This document shows positions 46,494 to 55,232 of a DNA stretch of 64,000 bases, in pieces; within the stretch, counting starts at the first letter, position 1; every line of letters begins with the position of its first letter. Under the pieces are notes generated by a model, which was not told the DNA's origin, ran no database searches, and saw only the letters and a list, made by a program, of their open reading frames with translations. Where the stretch lies: assembly GCA_965200625.1 (NCBI GenBank), contig OZ241375.1, forward strand, positions 8,234 through 72,233, in the 5' to 3' direction. The stretch comes from Dehalococcoidia bacterium. GTDB lineage: Bacteria; Chloroflexota; Dehalococcoidia; Bin125. A program made the translations under genes and the position numbers.

Positions 46494-48092
46494 ATGCGGG
46501 AGACGCCGGTGTTGGTGGTTGGCGGCAGCCTGATTGGCCTGACCTGCTCGCTGCTGCTCTCCAGCCTGGGCATTGAGCACGTCCTCGTGGATCGGCGGCC
46601 GCACACGAGCGATCATCCGCGGGCGCGGCTCTATGACCGCCGCACGCTGGAGCTGCTGCGCCGCTTTGGCGTCCAGCACGACGTGGAAGCGACCGGCATC
46701 GGCGATCTGTGGACGCGGCAGAACCGCTGGATTCACAGCCTCAGCGGGGCGCAGATCGCCTCCGTGCCGACCGAGTCGTTCCAGATGGCGCCGGTTGACT
46801 ACAGCCCCAGCATCCCGGTGATGGGCGCGCAGGACCTGATCGAGGAGACGCTCTGGCAGGCGGCGCGCGAGCAGGCGTCGGCCGATGTCCGCTTCCACAC
46901 GATCGCGGAAGACCTGGAGCAGGACGCTGACGGCTGCCGCGCCCGGCTGCGCGATCGCGATACCGACCAGGTGGAGGCAATTCATGCGCAGTACGTCGTC
47001 GCCGCGGACGGCGTGCACAGCGGTACGCGGGAACTGATCGGCTGCCCGCTTGGCGGTCAGACGTTCAACGTCTACATGCAGGACATCCTCTTCCAGGCCG
47101 ACCTCTCGCGCTGGGTCGGCAATCGCGTGGGCGGTCTGCTGTTCATGTTGACCCAGTACGGACTCGGCGTGTACCAGCCGATGGACGGCGCGCTGCGCTG
47201 GCGCGTCCAGCTGCCCAACTGGGATCCGGAACGCGGCGACCTTCCCGTAGAGACGGCGCGCGACTACATCGTTGAGGCGGTCGGCGTGGACGCCGCCGAG
47301 CTTGACCTCGAGATCCAGAGCATTCGCCCCTGGCGCTTCATCGCCGGGTTGGCGAAGCGGTTCGCCAACAACCGCATTTTTCTCGCGGGCGACGCGGCGC
47401 ACGCCTTTATCCCGACCGGCGGGATGGGGAGCAACACCGGGTTCAGCGGCGCGCATAACCTGATCTGGAAGCTGGCGTATGTGCTGCGCGGACACTCGTC
47501 GGTCTCGCTGCTCGATACCTACGAGGGCGAGCACCGCCCGATCGCGGAGCGGCGGGTGGCGCTCCGCATCGAGAATGGGCAGCTGGCTGCGGCGATCGTG
47601 CGGACGTACATGAGCGGCGGCGACATGGCGGCGGCGGAGCGCAACTGTCATCAGTACGGCAGCTATGAGGGCATGATCATGGCGTACGAGTATCAGTCGG
47701 CGCTCTGTCAGGCTGATTCGGAGCCGCCGCCGTAAGTCGAGAATGAGCACCGCGACTTCATCCCCGTCGTGCGCGGCGGCCGCCGCGCGCCGCACGCGTG
47801 GTTGGATCCGCACCGCTCGGTCTCGACCCTCGACTGGTTCGGGACGGACTACGTCGTGATGCTCTGCCAGGGCGAGCGGGCGGACTGGCGAGCCTGGGAA
47901 GCGGCTGTGGACGCCTGCCGGACGCGCGGTTTCCCGATCCGGATTGAGCCGATGCGGCACGGCGCGAACACGCCGTACGCGGAGTCGGAGGCGGTCGTCG
48001 TGCGCCCGGACGGCGTGGTCGCGGCGCACACTACTGCCGCTGATCCGCGCTCGCCGCAAGAGGTGCTGGAGCGCTATCTGCCGATGGCGTAA
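46494..48092 (+). pseudogene. FAD-dependent aromatic-ring monooxygenase (PheA/TfdB-like), interrupted by an in-frame TAA (47733-47735) between the FAD domain and the C-terminal thioredoxin-like domain
   Basis: ORFs 46440..47735 (MRETPVLVVGGSLIGL... GD.xHxxxPxGGxGxNxG) and 47769..48092 (RAPHAWLD...STLDWFG) share a frame. ...SEPPP*VENEHRDFIPVVRGGRRAPHAWLD is contiguous in homologues. Confidence 0.75.
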
Positions 48093-48144
48093 TCCGCTGG
48101 AACGCGCTGGAAATCCGGCGGCAGGAGAGAATTGAGGCGCACGC

Positions 48145-48557
48145 ATGGGACCACGAACGATTCGGATCATCACGCGGCTGCTGCAGCCGTTCTTTACGCT
48201 GCTGCGTGGACGGAAGCAGATGGTGCCGACGCTGCGGCTATGACGACCGGGCGGAAGTCGGGCAAGGAGCGTTCGGTGCTGCTGCTCTATCTGGACGACG
48301 GGCCGCGCGTGGTCGTGGTCGCCTCGTACGGCGGCCACTCGGAGCATCCGCAATGGTGGAAGAATCTGCAGGCCGAGCCGCGCTGCCGCGTCTGGAGCGC
48401 GCGGCGCGGCGCGGAGGCGATGCTGGCCTCGGAGCTGGAGGGCGAGGAGCGCGAAGCCGTCTGGGAGCGCCTCTTGCAGATCTACCCGAACTATGCGGAC
48501 TATCAGGCGAAGACGACGCGGCAAATCCCGCTAGTCGCGCTGACGCCCTCCGAGTGA
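48145..48557 (+). pseudogene. deazaflavin(F420)-dependent nitroreductase family (Ddn/PNPOx-like) with a -1 frameshift near 48238-48241
   Basis: Frame-1 MGPRTIRIITRLLQPFFTLLRGRKQMVPTLRL* runs into frame-0 ...MTTGRKSGKERSVLLLYLDDGPRVVVVASYGGHSEHPQWWKNLQA...YPNYADYQAKTTRQIPLVAL (ORF 48132..48557). Together they reconstitute a complete Ddn-type protein. Confidence 0.65.
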
Positions 48558-48681
48558 CTTGGCCGGTGATGCATCAAGCAACACCGCCCACGGCGGCGGC
48601 TGATAGGCTGGGGATAGTTCAGGGTGGAATCTGCGCGGGATGCGCATAGCTGCGGTGGATGGTTTGAGTTTCTTTCGACGC

Positions 48682-50340
48682 ATGATCAGCAAGTCGGATC
48701 CGGCAGAACGCCGGGAATCAGCCAGCCCACCCGCTCCGCCACCACCACCGCCCGCTCCACCGCCGCCGCCCGCCCAGTCCACCCAGTCGCACGCTGCGAA
48801 CGGCGCTCCGCCGACGGAGTCGCGCCCGCGCCGCCGACGGAGGCGCAGGCCGGCCTCGGCGCAGCCGGAGGGGGCCATGGCGTCCCCCGCGCCAGCACCG
48901 CCGCCAGCGCAGTCCGGACCGACCGAGCAGCCGCGTCCGCGCCGTCGGCGTAAGCCGCGCTCGGCGCGGCCCGCGGCCTCCACGCCTGCGCCCGCTCCAC
49001 CGCCGGCCTCAACCCCAGCCTCACCGCCGCGCTCGACCCCGGAGGGCGCGTCCCGCACCCCGCGGCGGCGGCGCCACCGCTCCGGCAGCAGCGCGAGCAA
49101 CGGCCGCCCCGCCGCTCCCCAGAGCGCCCAACAAACCGCCACACAGAAGGCGCTGCTCTCGGGCGGCTATCAGCTGCCGCCGCTGGATGAGCTGGATCGG
49201 GTGCCGCCCGAGTCCTGGCCGGCGGCGTTTGCGGCGCTGGGGCTTTCGGAGCGGATGCTGGCGGCGCTGACGGCGCTCAAGTTTGAGGAGCCGACGCCGA
49301 TCCAGGCGCAGTCGATCCCGCTGTTGCTGGACGGGCAGGACGTGGTCGGGCAGGCACAGACGGGAACGGGCAAGACCGTCGCCTTCGGGCTGCCGGCGGT
49401 CGAGTGCTGCGATCGCGAGCTGGGCGAGTGCCAGGCGATCGTGCTCACCCCGACGCGCGAGCTCGCCCAGCAGGTCGGCTCGGTGATGGACTTCTTCGCG
49501 CGGGCGCAGGGTCTGGAGGCGACCGTATTGATGGGCGGTCGGCGGCTCCGCGACGACTTCGCCAACCTCGAGCGGCGGCCGCAGATTGTCGTCGGCACGC
49601 CGGGCCGCGTGATCGACCACCTGGATCGCCGCACGCTGCGCCTCAACCACGTGCGGATGGCGGTGCTCGATGAGGCCGACCGGATGCTCGACATCGGCTT
49701 TTTCCCCGATATGCGGAAGATCCTGCGGCGCTGTCCGGACGATCGCCAGACGGCGCTGTTCTCGGCGACGATCCCGACGCCGATCAAGTCGCTGATTCAC
49801 CAGTTCATGCGCGAACCCGCGCACGTGCACATCGCGCCGGAGGTGGCGACAGCGGAGGGCATCAACCAGTGCTACTACGAGGTCGCCGGCCGCGACAAGA
49901 TTCGCGCCGTCGAGGAGCTGCTGCCGGAGCTGTCGGGGCGGACGCTGATCTTCTGCAACATGAAGGTGACGGTTGACCGGCTGGAGCGGCGGCTCCTGGC
50001 GCGCGGGCTGGACGCTGATGCAATCCACGGCGACCGCACTCAGAGCCAGCGCGACAATGTCATGGGCGCGTTCCGCGCCGGCGAGTTGCAGTTCCTGATC
50101 GCCACCGACGTCGCCGCGCGCGGCCTCGACATCCCCGACGTGCAGCACGTGGTCAACTTCGATCTGCCCCAGACGCCCGAGGACTACGTCCACCGCATCG
50201 GCCGCACCGGCCGCGCGGGCGCGGAAGGCTCGGCGATTTCCTTCGTCGGCGAGTGGGACTTCGATCAGCTGGAGAAGATCCTCAAGCTGGTCGGCGACGA
50301 TCTGGAGCGCGGCGAACTCAAGCTCTACGCCGCCGATTAG
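48682..50340 (+). CDS. DEAD-box ATP-dependent RNA helicase with a ~170-aa Pro/Arg/Ala-rich N-terminal extension
   Basis: Q-motif, AQTGTGKT, DEAD, SAT and HRIGRTGRAG motifs. ATG at 48682. Confidence 0.85.
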   Translation: MISKSDPAERRESASPPAPPPPPPAPPPPPAQSTQSHAANGAPPTESRPRRRRRRRPASAQPEGAMASPAPAPPPAQSGPTEQPRPRRRRKPRSARPAASTPAPAPPPASTPASPPRSTPEGASRTPRRRRHRSGSSASNGRPAAPQSAQQTATQKALLSGGYQLPPLDELDRVPPESWPAAFAALGLSERMLAALTALKFEEPTPIQAQSIPLLLDGQDVVGQAQTGTGKTVAFGLPAVECCDRELGECQAIVLTPTRELAQQVGSVMDFFARAQGLEATVLMGGRRLRDDFANLERRPQIVVGTPGRVIDHLDRRTLRLNHVRMAVLDEADRMLDIGFFPDMRKILRRCPDDRQTALFSATIPTPIKSLIHQFMREPAHVHIAPEVATAEGINQCYYEVAGRDKIRAVEELLPELSGRTLIFCNMKVTVDRLERRLLARGLDADAIHGDRTQSQRDNVMGAFRAGELQFLIATDVAARGLDIPDVQHVVNFDLPQTPEDYVHRIGRTGRAGAEGSAISFVGEWDFDQLEKILKLVGDDLERGELKLYAAD

Positions 50341-50346
50341 CGCCGC

Positions 50347-51180
50347 TCAGTGGATGTGCCAGCCAGAGGCGGTCCAGAGTTGGCGCGCCTCGCTGTGGAT
50401 CGCGGGGCGCGCGGCGATCAGGCCGCGGATCGACGGCTCCACCTGGTTGAATTGCAGCGGCCGCCCCTCAATGTCGCTGACCGTCGCGCCGGCGGCCTGG
50501 AGCAGCGCCGCGCCGGCGGCGAGGTCCCACTCGCTGCGTCGGCCGGGCGTGAAGATCAGGCAGCCCTGACCCGTGGCCAGCAACGCCATGCGGTAGGCGA
50601 TCGAGCCGACGGGCATCACTTTGGTGCCCTGCGGGACGGGCGGGAGGTCGCCGTAATGCCACTCGCCGCGGCCGACGAGCATGAAGCTGTCCGCTAGCCG
50701 CTCCGCCGCGTGCAGCTGGAAACGCTCGTCCGCCGCGTCGCGGGCGGCGGCGTACAGTTCGTCGGCGTCGGGGTTGTAGACGACGCCGAGCACGGCCTGG
50801 CCGTTCAGCGCCAGGGCGATTGAGACCGCGTACTCGGGAACGCCCTGGAGAAACTCGCGCGTGCCATCGAGCGGATCGACGATCCAGACGCGCCGTTGGA
50901 GCAGGCGCTCGCGGTTGTCGTGCCCTTCCTCCGAGAGCCAGGCGTCGTCGGGGAATGCGCCGAGCAGCGTCTCGCGCAGGGCGGCGTCCACCTCGACGTC
51001 CGCTTCGGAGACGACCTCATAGCTGAACCCGCCGTGCCCGCGCGCGGCGCTGCTGCTCTGCTTCCAGCCGTAGCGCGCGCCCGATGCCTGGTAGCGCTGC
51101 AGGATCGCGCCGCCGCGCCGGGCGGCTTCGCAGGCGGCCTCGAGTTCGGCGGCGAAGGCGGACGCGGGCGAGTCGATCAG
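50347..51180 (-). CDS. inositol monophosphatase / CysQ family. The N-terminal ~63 codons upstream of the ORF-track GTG (50991) are in frame and family-typical but contain no ATG/GTG/TTG.
   Basis: WLSEEG, WIVDPLDGT and ...YEVVSEADVEVD motifs. The in-frame upstream translation LIDSPASAFAAELEAACEAARRGGAILQRYQ matches the IMPase N-terminal helix. Confidence 0.65.
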   Translation of the reverse strand: MIDSPASAFAAELEAACEAARRGGAILQRYQASGARYGWKQSSSAARGHGGFSYEVVSEADVEVDAALRETLLGAFPDDAWLSEEGHDNRERLLQRRVWIVDPLDGTREFLQGVPEYAVSIALALNGQAVLGVVYNPDADELYAAARDAADERFQLHAAERLADSFMLVGRGEWHYGDLPPVPQGTKVMPVGSIAYRMALLATGQGCLIFTPGRRSEWDLAAGAALLQAAGATVSDIEGRPLQFNQVEPSIRGLIAARPAIHSEARQLWTASGWHIH

Positions 51181-52145
51181 AACCCCGCCTGCTTGTCGAC
51201 CCGGCCGACCAGTTCGCGCTGGCCGCGGTAGCGGCGCAGATTCTCACAGAAGCGCTCGAGGTTGCGTCCGGAGCGCAGCTGGGAAGCGCCGGCGGTGTGC
51301 GGGGTCATCACGATGTTCTCGATCTCGAACACGCGGTGGTCAGACGGCAGCGGTTCTCCCTCGACCACGTCCAGCGCCGCGCCGCGCAGATGGCCCGATT
51401 CGACCGCCTCGATCAGCGCCTCCAGTTCGATGATCTCGCCGCGCGTGACGTTGACCAGCACCGCGCCGGGCTTCATCTTGGCGATCGTCTCGCGGTTGAA
51501 GAGGTGGTGCGTCTCGGCGGTCAGCGGCGTGCAGACGGCGACCACGTCGGACTTGGCGAGCAGAGTGTCGAGCTGGTTCATGTGGCCGACGACGGGGACG
51601 AGCGGCGTGCCGCGCACGGCGACGGCGTCCACGGCGCGGAGCGCCATGCCGAAGCCGGCGGCGCGCTCGGAGATCGCGCGGCCCGTGCCGCCGAAGCCGA
51701 CGATGCCCATCGTCAGGCCGGAGAGCTCGAAGGCGGCGCGGCGCATCGGCACGCGGCCGTCCCAGGCCTCGCCCTTGAGCCGCATCGCCGGCTTGAGCGA
51801 GCGCGCCAGCGCCAGCAGCAGCGCGAAGGCGTGGTCGGCGAGGTGCGGCCCGACCAGCCCCTTCTCGCCGGTCAAGGGAATGTCCGCGTCCTTGAAGGCG
51901 TCGAACAGGTAGCCGTCGACGCCGGAGGCGGTGGCGTGGACCCACTTGAGCTGTTTGGCCTCGGCGAACAGGTCGGGCGTGAGGTAGCCGAGCAGGACTT
52001 CCGCATCCGCGATCAGCTCCATCGCGTCCTCGCGGTTGTGGGCGACGACGACATCAGCCTCCGGGCCGGCGGCGGCGCGGATCGCGTTGAGCTGGGCGTC
52101 GGAGACTTCGGGCAAAGTCAGGCCGGGCATCACGAGTACGCGCAT
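51177..52145 (-). CDS. D-isomer-specific 2-hydroxyacid dehydrogenase (PGDH-like)
   Basis: GIVGFGGTGRAI NAD motif. ORF track. Confidence 0.85.
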   Translation of the reverse strand: MRVLVMPGLTLPEVSDAQLNAIRAAAGPEADVVVAHNREDAMELIADAEVLLGYLTPDLFAEAKQLKWVHATASGVDGYLFDAFKDADIPLTGEKGLVGPHLADHAFALLLALARSLKPAMRLKGEAWDGRVPMRRAAFELSGLTMGIVGFGGTGRAISERAAGFGMALRAVDAVAVRGTPLVPVVGHMNQLDTLLAKSDVVAVCTPLTAETHHLFNRETIAKMKPGAVLVNVTRGEIIELEALIEAVESGHLRGAALDVVEGEPLPSDHRVFEIENIVMTPHTAGASQLRSGRNLERFCENLRRYRGQRELVGRVDKQAGF

Positions 52146-52304
52146 GGTCTTGATCGCTCCTGAGTGCAGTTGGGGCGCGGTCGGACAGCGTCAACGGTCA
52201 GGGTATCACCGCCGCCAGACGTCCCAACAGCGCCCCGACCGGGCTCAGGGCGCGCCTAGACTGGCGGCGGCGAACAGGGAATCAGCGAGCGAAAGGACGG
52301 CCTC

Positions 52305-53237
52305 ATGGCAGAAGTGCAGTTTGGCGCGCAGGTTTCGGCGTATCTCACGTCGTGGGACGAGATTCGCGCGGTCGCGCAGACGATGGACGCGGGGCGCTAC
52401 GACTCGATCTGGTTCGCCGATCACTTCGTCCCGCCCAACCGCGGCAAGGCGGTCGAAGGCCGCGAGGCGTTCGAGGCGTTCGCGCTGGCCGCCGCGGTGG
52501 CGGCGGCGACGGAGACGCTGCGAATCGGCCATCTGGTGCTGGGCAACACCTACCGCAATCCCGGACTGGTGGCGAAGATCGCCGGGTCGGTCGATCACAT
52601 CTCGCACGGACGCTTCACGCTGGGCATCGGCGCGTCCTGGTTCCGCCGCGAGCACGCCGCCTACGGTTGGGCGTTCCCGAGTATGCGGGAGCGGCAGGAC
52701 CGCTTCGAGGAAGCGTGCAAGATGCTGCGCCAGATCATTCACAACGACGGCGCGCGCGTAACCTTCAACGGCGAGTACTACGCCCTGGACGACGCCCCGC
52801 TCTCGCCGGGCAGTTACAACCGACCGATTCCGATCCTGGTCGGCGGCACCGGGCCGAAGCGAACGCTCCGCACGCTGGCGATGTATGGGGACATCTTCAA
52901 CCTCGACGGCTGGGCGGGACGGGGGATGTCGGTCGAACTACTGAAAGAAAAGGTAGACATTCTCCACGCCCACTGCGAGACGGTCGGCCGCGATCCGGCG
53001 GAGATCAACATCACCGCCCTGATGCCCTGTCTGCTCACCGACGACGAGGCGGAAGCCAAAGCCTGGGAGGAACGGATCGGCCCCGGCACGCTCAACGGGA
53101 GCGCAGACCAGATCGTGCAACGGATTGGAGAGTTCATAGATTTCGGCATAGACGAAATCATGTTCGGCCGCCGCGGCGACAACGACCCCGAGTACTTCCA
53201 ACGCTTGGACGACGAAGTGATTTCACAGTTCCGCTAG
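52305..53237 (+). CDS. LLM-class (luciferase-like) F420/flavin-dependent oxidoreductase
   Basis: ORF track. Bacterial-luciferase fold sequence features. Confidence 0.8.
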   Translation: MAEVQFGAQVSAYLTSWDEIRAVAQTMDAGRYDSIWFADHFVPPNRGKAVEGREAFEAFALAAAVAAATETLRIGHLVLGNTYRNPGLVAKIAGSVDHISHGRFTLGIGASWFRREHAAYGWAFPSMRERQDRFEEACKMLRQIIHNDGARVTFNGEYYALDDAPLSPGSYNRPIPILVGGTGPKRTLRTLAMYGDIFNLDGWAGRGMSVELLKEKVDILHAHCETVGRDPAEINITALMPCLLTDDEAEAKAWEERIGPGTLNGSADQIVQRIGEFIDFGIDEIMFGRRGDNDPEYFQRLDDEVISQFR

Positions 53238-53347
53238 AGCGGGCTGTTAAGCAAGAGCGCATCGATGTCCAGACATCTGTACCCGGTGCGCGCTGAAGCA
53301 ATCTGGCGCAGTGCCGCGCTGCTGATGGCGTCGAGATTGGGTAATCT

Positions 53348-53677
53348 GTGGTGAACGGGGAAACGCTGGCGGGAACGGATCGGGCGATGCAGGCGAAGGA
53401 GGCCGTGCGGGCGGCGAAGGGCTGGATTGTTGATCTGTTTGACGAGGAGGACATCTCCGATGTCCTGCTGGAGGAGATCGTCCGGCGCGATGAGTCTCCG
53501 CCCGGCTGGCGCGTCACGATCGGGTTCAACCGTCCCAACCCGGTTCGCGCGGCAAACTCGCCTGTGATCGCGGCGTTGTCGCCGCCGCGCAACCGCGTCT
53601 ATAAGGTGGTGGCCATCGCCGATCATGATGGCCGCGTCGTTTCTGTAGAGGATCGACTGCTGCCGGAGCGGAAGTAA
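53348..53677 (+). CDS. hypothetical protein (109 aa) in a lower-GC islet
   Basis: ORF track. Confidence 0.35.
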   Translation: MVNGETLAGTDRAMQAKEAVRAAKGWIVDLFDEEDISDVLLEEIVRRDESPPGWRVTIGFNRPNPVRAANSPVIAALSPPRNRVYKVVAIADHDGRVVSVEDRLLPERK

Positions 53678-53683
53678 GACGGC

Positions 53684-54001
53684 GTGGCGTCTGAGTGCAT
53701 CATTGACGCCAACCTCCTGGTGCTGTTGGTTGTGGGCAGCGTGCGGCGCGACTGGGTGGCTCGCCACCGGCGCCTCGACAGCTTTACTGTCGAAGATTAT
53801 GATCTACTTATCGAACTGCTGTCAGACGCTGCCAAGAGCTGGGTGACGGCGGCCGCTCGCCGATGGAGTCGGTCGCTTCGTCGAGACCGGTATCGAAGTA
53901 TACGTGCCCAGCCGCAGGGCGGCGGAACCCCCTCAGCCTTCGGCAGCTCCCCCTGCGAGGGGGATCCCTGGAACAGGGGTAGGCTGCTCGTAGGCATCTG
54001 A
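53684..54001 (+). CDS. hypothetical protein with a PIN-like N-terminus (CIIDANLLVLLVVG); the 3' end overlaps two short hairpins
   Basis: ORF track. Begins 6 nt after the previous stop. Confidence 0.3.
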   Translation: MASECIIDANLLVLLVVGSVRRDWVARHRRLDSFTVEDYDLLIELLSDAAKSWVTAAARRWSRSLRRDRYRSIRAQPQGGGTPSAFGSSPCEGDPWNRGRLLVGI

Positions 54002-54016
54002 TGGAGAAAGGGACGG

Positions 54017-55021
54017 ATGATGCGGCATCGACGCATGGGACGGACGGGGTTGCGGGTCTCCGAGATCTGCCTCGGGACGATGACGTTTGGCTTCCAGACG
54101 GAGGCGGAGGACGCCTTTCGGATTCTGGACGCCGCCTTTGACGGCGGGGTGAACTTCATCGACACCGCCGACGTCTACCCGATTGGCACCGACGAGGTCG
54201 GGACGACGGAGTCGATTGTTGGGCGTTGGCTGGCCGGGCGGCCGCGCGATCAGGTCGTGCTGGCGACCAAGTGCGTCGGCGCGATGGGTCCGTCGCCGAA
54301 CCAGCGCGGCGCGTCGCGGCAGCACATCCTCTCCGCCGTTGACGAGTCGCTGCGGCGGCTGGGCACGGACTACATCGACCTCTACCAGCTGCACGGTCCC
54401 GATCCGCGCACGCCGATCGAGGAGACGATGCGCGCCCTGGACGACCTCGTGCGCTGGGGCAAGGTGCGCTACGTGGGCGCGTCCAACTACCGCGCCTGGC
54501 AGTTGGCGTTGGCGCTGGGCGCGTCGGACCGGGCGGGCCTCGCCCGCTTCGACTGCGATCAGCCGCGCTACAACATTCTCTGGCGCGACATCGAGGCGGA
54601 TCTGCTGCCGCTCTGCCGCGATCAGGGCGTGGGGATCATCGCCTACAACCCGCTGGCCGGCGGCTTCCTGACCGGCAAGTACCGCAACACCGCCGATCTG
54701 CAGGCCGGCACGCGCTTCACGCTGGGCAACGCAGCGCAGCGCTACCAGAACCGCTACTGGGACGCCCTCCAGTTCGAGCAGGTCGCGCGCCTCCAGCGCT
54801 ACTTCGCCGAGCGCGAGATTTCGATCACGCACGCGGCGATCGCCTGGGTGCTGGCGCAGGACGGGATCACGTCCGCCATCGTGGGCGCGTCCCGGGTGGA
54901 GCAGATCGAGGATTCCCTGAAGTACGCCGAGGTCGAGCTGAGCGAGGCGGACCTCGAGTTCTGCAACCAGCCGTGGCATCAAATCCCGCGGCCGATGGAT
55001 CCCGAAGTGGCGATGCGCTAG
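54017..55021 (+). CDS. aldo/keto reductase
   Basis: MMRHRRMGRTGLRVSEICLGTMTFG is a canonical AKR N-terminus. Confidence 0.9.
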   Translation: MMRHRRMGRTGLRVSEICLGTMTFGFQTEAEDAFRILDAAFDGGVNFIDTADVYPIGTDEVGTTESIVGRWLAGRPRDQVVLATKCVGAMGPSPNQRGASRQHILSAVDESLRRLGTDYIDLYQLHGPDPRTPIEETMRALDDLVRWGKVRYVGASNYRAWQLALALGASDRAGLARFDCDQPRYNILWRDIEADLLPLCRDQGVGIIAYNPLAGGFLTGKYRNTADLQAGTRFTLGNAAQRYQNRYWDALQFEQVARLQRYFAEREISITHAAIAWVLAQDGITSAIVGASRVEQIEDSLKYAEVELSEADLEFCNQPWHQIPRPMDPEVAMR

Positions 55022-55215
55022 GGGCGGTCACAGCTCCCCCCTTGGGGGAGCTGTCGCGGAGCGGTTTCAGAGCTCCCCCCCTTGGGGGAGCTGTCGCGGA
55101 GCGACTGAGGGGGGCTCGTGCGTGCCTCGCTGCCGGCGGCCGCCCTCCGCCCCTTCGGGGCGCCTCCCCCGGAGGGGGAGGTCTTGCTTTCGGAGCTCTC
55201 CTAGAGAAGGGGGAA
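54990..55215. repeat. REP-like repeats (CCCCCTTGGGGGAGCTGTCGCGGAGCG x2 and others)
   Basis: Readable palindromes. Confidence 0.75.
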
Positions 55216-55232
55216 GCGATTTACTCCCTGAC

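Noticed and set aside
46251-48524. Upstream two-thirds of the 1252-aa minus ORF 44766..48524
   Set aside because: Only the 3' 494 codons (from MMTLARM with an AGGGAGG SD) are the Amt transporter. The remainder is antisense to the monooxygenase and Ddn-like genes.
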